Positions 36,905 through 48,431 of a stretch of DNA of 64,000 nucleotides are shown here, in pieces (positions within the stretch are counted from its first letter, which is position 1; every line of letters begins with the position of its first letter). The notes beneath the pieces are model-generated. The model did not search any database and had not been told where the DNA came from. It was given only the letters and a program-made list of their open reading frames with translations. Source of the DNA: Vulcanimicrobiota bacterium (GTDB lineage: Bacteria; Vulcanimicrobiota; Xenobia; Xenobiales; JADMJV01); the NCBI GenBank assembly GCA_050250895.1, contig JBFWNU010000001.1:936008-1000007 (forward strand), read 5' to 3'. The translations under genes and the position numbers were made by a program.

Positions 36905-38442
36905 TTTCGAAAAGCCCGAACTTTCCCAATGGCGGAGCCTGGTCGAACGTGACCTTAAAGGCCAGGACTTTGATGACATCCTGGCCTGGTCGACCCCCGA
37001 CGGCCTCGAAGGCCACCCCTTGTACACCCAGGGGCCTCAGCCCCAGCCGGTCGTGACCCGGGGCGACTGGAAGATTCGCCAGGATTATCACCCCTCGCTG
37101 GAGGGAGTCGATCAGGTGCGGCTACGCCAGGATCACGACCTGAGCCGCCTGCTTCAGGGTCAAGAATGCGTGCTTTACGGACCCGGTGTGGAGCGTAAGC
37201 TGGCCGGGATCCTGGCGGGGGAGATGCCGTTCGAGGGTCGAGTTTCCTGGGATCCGGTTGCCGAAGAGGCCGACTTCGACCAGGTCGCCAAATTGCTCGA
37301 GCGAGCCCAATCCCTTCCCGAGCTCAAGCTCTTCTGCAGCTCGGGGTGGTCCTTTCACCAGGGCGGAGCCACCGCGGCCCAGGAGTTGGGCTGGACGCTG
37401 GCCTCGGTGATCTATCTGCTGCGCCAGTTGACCAGTCGCCAGGTAGACGCTGCCGAGGTCGTGAGTCGCCTCGAGGTCGAGCTGGCGGTCAGCTCCGACC
37501 TCTTTCTCGAAATGGCCAAACTTAGAGCCGCTCGCCTTTGCCTTGGCCAAATCTTCGCCGCCTTCTCGCACTCGGGCGACTGCGACCTGCACGCTCGCCA
37601 GAGCCTGCAGCAACACTGCCTGCTGGATGCGGGTAACAACCTGCTGCGGGCCTCGGTGGCCGGCTTTGCGGCTGTCTGCGCCGGGGCCGACTCGCTGCAG
37701 CTAGCGGCCTTTGCCGAAGACGACCCGGACGGGCTCAGACTGGCTTGCACCCAGCAGTTGCTGATGCGCCACGAGGCCGGGCTGGGCCGGGTGGCCGACC
37801 CCGGAGCAGGCTCGTACTATCTCGAGACTCTGACCCACCAGCTGGGCCAGCGAGCCTGGGAGATCATGGCCGGAGTCGAAGCCCGAGGCGGACTGCCTGC
37901 CTATGCGGACACGATTGCCGAGACGCTGCGCCACCAGCGCGAGTCGCGGTTGAAGTCGGTGGCCCGCGGACGTACCATCCTGGTAGGCACGAACTGGTTC
38001 GCCGACCCTAACGAATGGCTGGCCAGCGCTACTCGACCCTCGCCCGGAGGCCCCTATTCGCCTCTCTTCGAAGGCGAGCCGTTCGAGAAGTTTCGCTGCG
38101 AGCCCGGCCCCAAATGTCTGATTCTCACCGTGGGTCGAGGCCTGGCCCAAGCCAGGGCGGCTTTTGCCAGCAGCTTTCTGGCGGCCGGCAGCTTCCCCCT
38201 CGAGTCTCCTCTTCCGGCCGACACCACCAGCCAGGCCCGTCGGCTGCTCGAAGCCAGCTTCGCCACCCTGGTGGTCCTTTGTGCCGACGACGAGCGACTG
38301 CCCGAACTCATCGAGCAACTGGCCTTCCAAGACAAGGTCCTGGCCGTGGCCGCCCCCCCTCAACCGTTGGCCGGAGTGGACTTCTTCCTTCACCGCAAGG
38401 CCGACCACCTCGACCTGCTCACCAAATTGCGGGAGGCCTGCC

Positions 38443-38456
<14 letters not shown>
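36894..38456 (+). CDS. mutA: Methylmalonyl-CoA mutase small subunit
   Basis: [36 protein letters not shown]. Confidence 0.88.
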
Positions 38457-40558
<2,102 letters not shown>

Positions 40559-40569
<11 letters not shown>

Positions 40570-41527
40570 CCGACTGGCCAGCGGGATCCAGGCCGGTCAG
40601 AGGGGGGCCCTGGCCCGGGCCATCACCCTGGCCGAGAGCCGTCTGCCGGAGCACCGTCATCAGGCCCGCCAACTGCTCGAACACCTTCCCCCAGGACGTT
40701 CTCACCGCATCGGCATCACCGGTCCGCCGGGTGCCGGCAAGAGCACTCTCATCGAGAGTCTGGGTCTGGCCTGGATCGAGGCCGGCGCCAAGGTGGCCGT
40801 CCTGGCGGTGGATCCCACCTCGCAGCTCAGCGGCGGCAGCATTCTTGGTGACAAGACCCGCATGGAGAAGCTGTCCACCAACCCGAAAGCCTACATCCGG
40901 CCGAGCCCCAACGGCAAGACCCTCGGAGGTGTGACCCGCTCCACCCGTCAGGCCATCGAACTGGTCGAGGCGGCTGGCTACGACCGGGTCCTGGTCGAGA
41001 CGGTGGGTATCGGCCAGGCCGACACCCTGGTGTCGCGCCTGGTCGACAGCGTGGCCCTGGTGGTGATTCCCGGGGCCGGCGACGAACTGCAGGGTATCAA
41101 GCGCGGCGTCATGGAGATCGCCGATCTGCTGGTCATCAACAAGTGCGAGGGCGATAATCAGGCTCGAGCGGCCCAGGCTAGCGCCCAATATCATGCCGCC
41201 CTGCGACTCTTGCCCGGACGAACCCCGGGCTGGAACGTGCCCATCCTAAGGGTATCGGGCCTGACCGGCGAAGGCCTCGTCGAGCTGCGGGCCAAACTCG
41301 AGGCCCACCATCAATTCTTGTCCCAGGCAAGGCTGCTCGAACCGCAGCGTCGAGAGCAGGCCACCTTCTGGCTAGATTATCTGCTCGACCAGAGTCTGCG
41401 CGAGGCGCTGCTGGCCCGCGGCCAGAGTCGAGCGCGTTATGAGGCCTGTCGCCGGGCCGTGGCCGAAGGGCAGCAGAGCCCCGAAGCAGCCATCGAGGAG
41501 TTGGTCTCGAATTTGTCATTCGACTGA
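40559..41527 (+). CDS. meaB: Methylmalonyl-CoA mutase-associated GTPase
   Basis: [42 protein letters not shown]. Confidence 0.96.
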
Positions 41528-41554
41528 TTTTATGCTAATGATCATAGAATCAAG

Positions 41555-42007
41555 ATGGTGGCACGACGGTCGAAAAATCGGGGTTTATCCGTCGCCGAGA
41601 TTCTCATCGCCACAGCCATTTTGGCGGTGTTATTGGTGGCTGTGCTCGGTCTATTCGCCCAGCTTTTAGCCTCGACCACCAAGAACAACCACCTGCAGAC
41701 CGGCACCTATTTTGCCGATCGCGTCCTCAACGAGGCCATCCGCCAGGCTCGACCGACTGCGCCCGCCTTCGACCCGTTCGTCGAAGGCCAGGAGGGTATC
41801 TACACCCACGATCAGGCGGCCGCCACGATCTTCTATCACCACCTCAAAGCCACTCGCTTGACCCCGGTGGAGGTGCCGGGCGAGTCCTGGTATCTCGAGG
41901 TCGAGGTCAGCTGGTGGCAGGCCGACGCCAGCGACCCTACCAGAGCCCGCCCGGGCTCGGGCAAGCTTTTCACTCGCCAGGGACGGATGGTGTATCTCGG
42001 TCGATGA
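41555..42007 (+). CDS. Prepilin-type protein (PilV-like)
   Basis: KNRG^LSVAEILIATAILAVL; paralog of 29956-30390. Confidence 0.8.
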   Translation: MVARRSKNRGLSVAEILIATAILAVLLVAVLGLFAQLLASTTKNNHLQTGTYFADRVLNEAIRQARPTAPAFDPFVEGQEGIYTHDQAAATIFYHHLKATRLTPVEVPGESWYLEVEVSWWQADASDPTRARPGSGKLFTRQGRMVYLGR

Positions 42008-42633
42008 GAGGCCACACCCTGATAGAGTTGCTGGTGGGAATGGCTGTCCTGGCGTTGCTCATCGGGGTCATCTTTCTGGCCTTCGACTATGGCACGAGCA
42101 CTTTCCGCCTGGCTAACGACCGTCAGGGGGCCCAGGGCGAAATGGCCCGGGCCCTGGCGGCCATGCAGACCGACCTGCGACGCTCGCACTATCGCACCGT
42201 CACCGCCCTCACGCTCAGCGCCACTCCCCGCCGCGACGCCCTGGCCCTGGCCAGCCTCAAGGACTGGCATGACGAGGCCAGTTTCGACGGCATCAACGGC
42301 CTGCCGAGGTGGGACCGCTACGTCCTCTACTATGCCACCGGCCAGGGCTGGCTGGTGCGCGCGATGCTTGACCCCCCCACCCCTGACTACTCTCCGGTGG
42401 CCTTCCCCAACCTCGATCCGGCCAGCTACTGCCACGATGACCCCAACCTCAACGCCGCCCCCCAGACCAGCTTCACCGTCCTCACCAGAGCGGTCGACGA
42501 ATTCGAGGTGGAAGCCCCACCTTTCGCCGAGCACGTCGAAGTGCGTCTGCGCCTCAACCTCGAGAACCGTCAGCGCCTGGAGTGCCAACTCGATATCTCC
42601 CCGGAAAATACCTGGCCGAGAGCCCGAAAGTGA
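42004..42633 (+). CDS. Prepilin-type protein (PilW-like)
   Basis: MRG^HTLIELLVGMAVL; PRWDRYVLYYAT and PENTWP shared with 29304-29969. Confidence 0.85.
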   Translation: MRGHTLIELLVGMAVLALLIGVIFLAFDYGTSTFRLANDRQGAQGEMARALAAMQTDLRRSHYRTVTALTLSATPRRDALALASLKDWHDEASFDGINGLPRWDRYVLYYATGQGWLVRAMLDPPTPDYSPVAFPNLDPASYCHDDPNLNAAPQTSFTVLTRAVDEFEVEAPPFAEHVEVRLRLNLENRQRLECQLDISPENTWPRARK

Positions 42634-42641
42634 GAGCTTCC

Positions 42642-44927
42642 ATGCCCAGCCGACGCGGAATTGCCTTGATCCTGACCATGGTGGTGATGGCCGTGCTGGT
42701 CACCCTGACGGCTGCCTTTGTAGGAGTCAACCGGAGCAACTCGGCCCTGACCGGTAACACCGTCTCGCGAGAGAACGCCTTCAAGGCTTGTCAGACTGGC
42801 CTCGATTACGCCTGGTCTCAACTCGAGCTCGATGGGGGCTTTGGGGCCAACGGCTTTCCCGATGCGGTGGTCAGTTGGAGCTATCCCAGCGTGGACCCGG
42901 TTTTGCGCATCACCCGCCACGGAAACACGCTCGCTCCCGAGAACCCCGACGAAAACTATCTCTCGGGCCAAAATCTCGCCAATGGCGATTCTTTTCGTAT
43001 CAGCCTCTACAACAACTTGAACAATCGAAATCCCGCCGAAGACACCCCTCTGGGCGACGTTCCCGGTCGGGAGGTGCGATTGCGCATCGACGGTCTCTCG
43101 GGGCGGGCCCAGCGCCGGCTGGACGTGGTTTTGCGCAAGAGCCCTTACGTCGACAGTTCGGCCGTCTCGAGCCTCGACATGACGGTGGCCCTCTCGGACG
43201 CCGGCCACCAGTGGCGACTGCGTAGCAAGGATCCTTACGTCAATCAGGTCCGCAGCAATACCAACATCTTCGGACCCAGCGCCATCGACGACCGTCTCAA
43301 CTTTCGCGATCCTCCCCGGGGAGGCATGGCTCTAGCCAAAGACGACATCGTGCTGGGAGGCACCAGCGTCAAGAGCAGCCCCAGTTTCTTACAGAACTCC
43401 CAGGATGCGGCTCGGGGCAGCTTTCTGGTAGACGCTCCCGAGATCCCCGTCCCGGACCTCGGACGCTCCAACCTGAGGTTCCCTGAAACCACAGTGAACA
43501 TCCCGGACGGCACCCTGGAAACCACCACCTTCGAGCGCCACGAGTGGAGTTCGGCCAACTTCGGCGTGGACACCACCGTCCCCCCGGACGGCATTCCCGA
43601 CACCACCGTCACTCGCTGGCGCAAGCAGGTCCACCGCCATCCCGCCATGACCCACGACGGCCAGACCTGGATCGCCGAGACCTCGTATGTCGCTTCTGAC
43701 TCGGGTCCTCTCACCGGTCCCGGTTCTGGCTACGCCAGCCCGGACACCAGCGACGGCTTTCAGGATGTGGCCACCCAGCCCACCACTCTGGATGACTTTC
43801 CGGTGCTCTATGAATCGGGCCCGGCCCACCAGATGCGAGCCAACCTGCTGACCGGCGAGGTGGCCCTGAGCCCGGCCACCAGCTTTGAGGTAAGCGGCGA
43901 CCTGACGGTGCAAAAGGGAACGACCTCGCCCACCCCTCACCTGAAGTTCGGACACACCATGAACGACGACGGCGAGACCAGCTTCGAGGCCATCACCGAT
44001 GGTAGCCTGTCGGCTCTCGACGATCCTTCGGCCCACAGTTCGGCGCTGGTGGCCAGCGGCAACCTGAATATTGGCGGAATCGCTTCGGGATTTGGTTCGA
44101 TCTTTGCCGATCACAGCGTCCAGCTCCAAGCCAAGCGGGGCTTGCGGGCCGACCCCGACCTGGCCGTGGCGGTGCGCGGAGAAAGCATTCGTCTCACGGC
44201 CGAGGACCCTCCCGATTCGGCCGTGGCCAACACCTTGCTCGAAACCGACTGGAAGGTCTATCAGGAAGCCCTCGGCCCCACCTACGACAGCTTCGATGGC
44301 TGGTTCGAGCAAAGCTCGACCGCCCGACGGCACATCCTGGGGGACGACCCGGCCGTGGCCTCGGGTCTGCGCACCAAGAATCTACCTGGCGATGCCGCCA
44401 ACTACTGGAACCAGCTTGACGCCGAACTCGATCTCGGCCCGGCGCCCAACTTCTCGGCCCCGCCCTTTGGCTCGGATTGGACCGGTACCTTTACCCTCGA
44501 ACACTATGCCCGGCTACGCAACTATGCCACTTCGAAAAAAAGCGGCAACCCGGTCAATCAGTGGCTCGACTTCGACGGGACCTACTTTCAAAACGTGCTG
44601 GGCAACATCGACAGCACCATTTTGACCTATTCCAACTGGGCCAGCCGCCTGGATATGACCATGGGCGCCTACATGGCCGAAGAGCTGCCGCTGATCCCCG
44701 ACGTCTATTTTGTGGGGCTGGTGCATGCCGGTAGCGGTGGATTCTTTGCCGATCTCGCGGAAGCTTCGATCTTGTTCGAGGGAGCCGTGGTCTCTCAGGG
44801 GCAACTCACCATCGAAAATACGCGAGAGTTGGACTTTGTCTACAATCGCCTCTATCTAGACGATGTCGTTCGGCAGTTCGTGGGCGATCGGGTCAAGCTC
44901 GATCAGGTCTACTTCAACATCCTCTAA
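42642..44927 (+). CDS. PilX-like large minor pilin/pilus assembly protein
   Basis: RRG^IALILTMVVMAVL; paralog of 27411-29267. Confidence 0.75.
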   Translation: MPSRRGIALILTMVVMAVLVTLTAAFVGVNRSNSALTGNTVSRENAFKACQTGLDYAWSQLELDGGFGANGFPDAVVSWSYPSVDPVLRITRHGNTLAPENPDENYLSGQNLANGDSFRISLYNNLNNRNPAEDTPLGDVPGREVRLRIDGLSGRAQRRLDVVLRKSPYVDSSAVSSLDMTVALSDAGHQWRLRSKDPYVNQVRSNTNIFGPSAIDDRLNFRDPPRGGMALAKDDIVLGGTSVKSSPSFLQNSQDAARGSFLVDAPEIPVPDLGRSNLRFPETTVNIPDGTLETTTFERHEWSSANFGVDTTVPPDGIPDTTVTRWRKQVHRHPAMTHDGQTWIAETSYVASDSGPLTGPGSGYASPDTSDGFQDVATQPTTLDDFPVLYESGPAHQMRANLLTGEVALSPATSFEVSGDLTVQKGTTSPTPHLKFGHTMNDDGETSFEAITDGSLSALDDPSAHSSALVASGNLNIGGIASGFGSIFADHSVQLQAKRGLRADPDLAVAVRGESIRLTAEDPPDSAVANTLLETDWKVYQEALGPTYDSFDGWFEQSSTARRHILGDDPAVASGLRTKNLPGDAANYWNQLDAELDLGPAPNFSAPPFGSDWTGTFTLEHYARLRNYATSKKSGNPVNQWLDFDGTYFQNVLGNIDSTILTYSNWASRLDMTMGAYMAEELPLIPDVYFVGLVHAGSGGFFADLAEASILFEGAVVSQGQLTIENTRELDFVYNRLYLDDVVRQFVGDRVKLDQVYFNIL

Positions 44928-45628
44928 AGGGTGACCCAGGTCGATTCGGGTGTCCTCGAGCCTCGATTGTAGTAATAGTAATCAAGGTTACGTTCCGCCT
45001 TGGACCTGTCTCCGTGAAAGGGCGAGCGGCAGCGCAAGAAGCCGGTCACCAAAACGCGACCCTGGCCGGCAATCGGCAGATAGCGCTCGAACTCACGCTC
45101 ATAGAGCGGGTGCATCAAGTCATAATTGGCGGCGGCCACTACCTTCAGCCGCTCGAGGTCAGCCGGCTTGCCCGAGCAAGCGGCCAGGGTCGCGAGAGCC
45201 AACTCGGCCTGGCCCTGGCGAAACTCGGTGGTAGCCGAGTCGCGGGCCTCTTCGAGCAAAGCTTTGGCGCCAGCGAAATCGGGGTCGTTCTGATACTCGG
45301 CGGTGCCGTCCCAGGCCACCAGATGCAGGCCCTGACTGTAGGCAAGTCGCGAGCGCATCAGGTCATCGGGCTCTTCTTCCTGAGCCGTCTGTTGGGCCTC
45401 TTGCTGATGCTCTTGCATTGCCTTGCGTCGCAGTTCGCGAGCCAGGGCGACCCGCTTTTGCTCTTGCTCGGCCGGGCTGTGGACCACGATCTGGGCGGGA
45501 TCGGGCTCGACCGTGGCCCGCTGATCCCAGCGGTCGGCCACACCGATAGCCCACAGGAACAGCCAGCAGATCACGGGCACCAGAAGGGGAGCAGCTAGAT
45601 GCTTGTCAAACTCACGAGTCTTCACCAC
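44924..45628 (-). CDS. Hypothetical membrane-anchored protein
   Basis: N-terminal TM and helical body; fills the gap downstream of COG0523. Confidence 0.6.
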   Translation of the reverse strand: MVKTREFDKHLAAPLLVPVICWLFLWAIGVADRWDQRATVEPDPAQIVVHSPAEQEQKRVALARELRRKAMQEHQQEAQQTAQEEEPDDLMRSRLAYSQGLHLVAWDGTAEYQNDPDFAGAKALLEEARDSATTEFRQGQAELALATLAACSGKPADLERLKVVAAANYDLMHPLYEREFERYLPIAGQGRVLVTGFLRCRSPFHGDRSKAERNLDYYYYNRGSRTPESTWVTL

Positions 45629-45662
45629 TGGAGAGATTCACCGTCGCCGCAAAAACCCCTCG

Positions 45663-46856
45663 CTAGCCGGCCTGGGCCGCTCCGAAGAGCTGATGCTGTC
45701 GCACCTGGTCAGACCAGGCCGGAAAAGGATCGGGAAAATGAGCCCAGGCGTTAGGACCAAGCTCCATCTCCTGGTCGGTTAGCAAGCACAGGTCCAGCAA
45801 CCGGCAGTAGGCCTCCTGGTCGACATCGATGCCGATGAAGACCAGTTCCTGGCGCCGATCTCCCCACGGCTCTACCCAGCGAGCGGCCACCTCGGCCGGT
45901 CGCTCGGCTTCGGCCACTTCAGCCCACCACAAGCCGGCCGGCTCGAGCAGCAGGGAATCACCCGCCTGCGACCACAAGCCCTGGCGAGCGTGACGGGAGG
46001 CCAGCCAGAAGAAACCCTTGGCCCGCAAGACACCTACCCAGGGGCGGCTCAAGGCCTGGGCCAACCGAGCCGGATGAAACGGTCGCCGGGCCCGATAGAC
46101 AAAGCTAGAGATGCCGTATTCGTCGGTTTCGGGAGTGTGCTCGCCGGCCAGTTCCGCCAGCCATCCGGCCGATTTTTGGGCAGCCTCCAGGTCGAAAAGG
46201 CCGGTGTCGAGCACCAGGTCCAGCGCGACCTTGCTCTGCTGCGTCCGGACCAGCTTGGCGCCGGGATTGAGTTTGCCCAAAATCCCCTCGAGTTGCTCGA
46301 GTTCTTCTTCGTCGACCAGGTCGGTCTTGTTGAGCAGTAGCACGTCGGCGAACTCGACCTGGTCGACCAACAGGTCCACCAGAGTGCGCTGGTCCTGGGC
46401 GTCGGCGGCCATCCCCAATTCGGCCAGATCGCGGCCGGAGAGGTAGTAGTCGAGAAAAGTCGAGGCGTCGACCACGGTCACGGTCGTATCGAGCCGGGCC
46501 ACCTCCGACAAGCTGTTGCCGGTCTCGTCTTCGAAAGTGAAGGTCTGGGCCACCGGCAAAGGCTCCGAGATGCCGGTGGACTCGATGAGCAGATAATCGA
46601 ACTTGCCCTGACGGGCGAGGCGACTCACCTCGACCAGCAAGTCCTCACGCAGGGTGCAGCAGATGCAGCCGTTGGTCATCTCGACCAGCCGGGCATCGGT
46701 GCGCGAGACCAGCATCGAGTCGATGTTGACCTCACTCATGTCGTTGACGATAACGGCCACCCGCTTGCCTTGCTGATTGGTCAGCACGTGGTTGAGCAAG
46801 GTGGTCTTGCCCGAGCCCAAAAAGCCTGACAAGACAGTGACGGGGAGTTTTTCCAT
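45663..46856 (-). CDS. COG0523 (YciC/ZigA/CobW) metallochaperone GTPase
   Basis: [41 protein letters not shown]. Confidence 0.95.
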   Translation of the reverse strand: MEKLPVTVLSGFLGSGKTTLLNHVLTNQQGKRVAVIVNDMSEVNIDSMLVSRTDARLVEMTNGCICCTLREDLLVEVSRLARQGKFDYLLIESTGISEPLPVAQTFTFEDETGNSLSEVARLDTTVTVVDASTFLDYYLSGRDLAELGMAADAQDQRTLVDLLVDQVEFADVLLLNKTDLVDEEELEQLEGILGKLNPGAKLVRTQQSKVALDLVLDTGLFDLEAAQKSAGWLAELAGEHTPETDEYGISSFVYRARRPFHPARLAQALSRPWVGVLRAKGFFWLASRHARQGLWSQAGDSLLLEPAGLWWAEVAEAERPAEVAARWVEPWGDRRQELVFIGIDVDQEAYCRLLDLCLLTDQEMELGPNAWAHFPDPFPAWSDQVRQHQLFGAAQAG

Positions 46857-46900
46857 AGAAAGAGGTGTTCTCTCCCGGGGCTTCGACGCCTTCGTAGGTC

Positions 46901-46959
46901 AGACGGCGTGTCTTCAGACGGTAGTTTTCAGACGGTAGTCGTTAGACGGTAGACGGTAG
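46901..46959. repeat. AGACGG(T) heptamer-type short repeats
   Basis: AGACGG at 46901, 46916, 46930, 46944 and 46951; same motif at 56712-56727. Confidence 0.8.
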
Positions 46960-47047
46960 TTCCGCGGCTTCGCGGCTAGTCTTGGATTACAGTCGTGGCG
47001 GTGCGGCGTGGTCGAAGCACGGGTCGGTGTGGGGCGCCTGAGAAATC

Positions 47048-47630
47048 AACCGCGGAGATCAGGAGGGCACGGAGAGGGTTGTGGGGGACGTGGGGTGAGT
47101 GTCCTGGCGAATTTCATGGGTTTGTAGCGGTGGAGGCTCGGTGGCTGCCCGATCCCGATCAGGGTGGAGCCCACTCTCAAGCACGGAAGAGCAAACTTGC
47201 GCGAGTACGGCACCACCACGTGCCGAATCCGGCACCACCTGGTGCCGTACCGCCGCCGGCCAGCCTGGGTAGCACGGCCACGGTCGGGAGAGAGCGCCAC
47301 CTCGAGTTCGGCCCTCGACAAACACCGCGCAGGCGCCTCACTTGCTGAATAGCCGCCGACCCAACGTCGCTGTCGCGTCCACCCCGATCTCCAGCGTGCA
47401 TCAGTAAGGCCACCGCGCAGAAACGAGCACGCCCTCGGCGTCTCAGTGTATCTCCGCGGTAATCGAGCGAGCGCCCACATGAAGGTTCGCGCTCCCTCGA
47501 TGGGGGGCAAACCTCCCAGGTCCCGCCGCCCGATTCCAAATAAATCCGGTCGAGCGCACCCTTTCCAGTTGCACCACCCCCTCGGCGCCTTTGCGGTTTT
47601 CACATCGAGCGCCAACCCCTCCGCGGTTCT
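47048..47630. repeat. Non-coding mosaic of dispersed inverted repeats (REP/MITE-like)
   Basis: ACCGCGGAGAT at 47049 vs ATCTCCGCGGT at 47450; motifs shared with 56778-57094. Confidence 0.6.
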
Positions 47631-47696
47631 TCCGATTCCCGTCGGCGTCCATCTCCATGTAAAACGGCCGGGTGTGGTGACCCGACCGTTTGTTCT

Positions 47697-47806
47697 CCGA
47701 GCGAAGCGAGGCTCCCATCTCGAGGCCGTAGCGCAGCGAAGGCCTCGCTCCTTGCTCCCGAAGGGCTCCTTGCTCCCGAAGGGCGCCCTTCCGGCGAAGC
47801 CGGAGT
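47697..47806 (+). repeat. Array of GNA-triloop mini-hairpins
   Basis: CCGAGCGAAGCGAGG, GGCCGTAGCGCAGCGAAGGCC, 2x CCTTGCTCCCGAAGGGC, CCGGCGAAGCCGG. Confidence 0.7.
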
Positions 47807-47808
47807 TC

Positions 47809-48285
47809 CTACTCTTTGCCGGCCTTGTGGGCGGCCCAGCCGCCGACGGCGGCGCCGACGCCGAGCATGAAAACGGCACCCAGGGGACTGCCGAACGTGC
47901 CGGCGGTGAGACCGAGGAAGGCGGCCTGGCCGAGGAAGCGGCCGCGGTTGGCGGCATTCTTATCCAACGAGGCGCCCAGGTCGCCATAGAAACTGGTGGC
48001 TTCCTTGCCGACATAGTTGCCGACCACGGCGCCCCCGACGAGACCGACGACGGTGCCGGCTACGGCGCCGACCTGGCCCAGGGACGAGCCGATGGCTTCG
48101 CCGATGCGAGCTCCGGCCGAGGCGGCGGTGATGCCCAAGAAGAGCGGGGTCACGTCGCCGTAGAAGTCGGCGGCAGCCGTGTAAAAAGCGTCTTTCGGCT
48201 CAGGGCTAGCCGGGGGAGTGGGGTTCTGCGGAGGGTTCTGCCCATTGGCGCGGTTGACTGAGGGGGTGTAGTTAGCGACTTTCAT
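47809..48285 (-). CDS. Glycine-zipper membrane protein with Pro/Asn-rich leader
   Basis: GxxxG repeats (IGEAIGSSLGQVGAVAGTVVGLVGGAVVG); AGGA RBS. Confidence 0.8.
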   Translation of the reverse strand: MKVANYTPSVNRANGQNPPQNPTPPASPEPKDAFYTAAADFYGDVTPLFLGITAASAGARIGEAIGSSLGQVGAVAGTVVGLVGGAVVGNYVGKEATSFYGDLGASLDKNAANRGRFLGQAAFLGLTAGTFGSPLGAVFMLGVGAAVGGWAAHKAGKE

Positions 48286-48319
48286 TTCTGTTCATCCTAT
48301 ATCTCTGTTTGGTAGCCTC

Positions 48320-48373
48320 AGTCTAGCAGGCGCGTGGGACTGCCACGTTACCGGACCATTTCCGGTTAGTGAA
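48320..48373 (-). promoter_or_regulatory. Putative activator-dependent promoter (11-bp direct repeats plus -10)
   Basis: Minus strand: TTCAC 48373, GAAAT 48362, GTAAC 48351; TAGACT at 48325. Confidence 0.55.
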
Positions 48374-48387
48374 TATCCCGCCGACAT

Positions 48388-48417
48388 AAAAAAAGGGGCT
48401 CCCGAAGGAGCCCCTTT
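48388..48417 (-). terminator. Rho-independent terminator of the lipase gene
   Basis: AAAGGGGCTCC-CGAA-GGAGCCCCTTT with an A7 run (U-tail on the minus strand). Confidence 0.9.
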
Positions 48418-48431
48418 CCGTCTCTGCGAGC

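Noticed and set aside
46901-46959. AGACGGTAG repeats as a CRISPR array
   Set aside because: Units are 7-9 bp with 0-8 bp gaps; no 23-50 bp repeats with unique spacers and no cas genes
46860-47100. Cobalamin riboswitch or Zur box upstream of the COG0523 gene (B12-dependent mutase nearby)
   Set aside because: Only a CGACTGTAA fragment is seen on the minus strand; no GGGAA/B12-box elements and no AT-rich Zur palindrome
47046-48261. ORFs 47046-48014(-) and 47446-48261(+) across the repeat mosaic
   Set aside because: Arg/Pro/Gly-rich translations of repeats, atypical codons, and overlap with the real 47809-48285 gene
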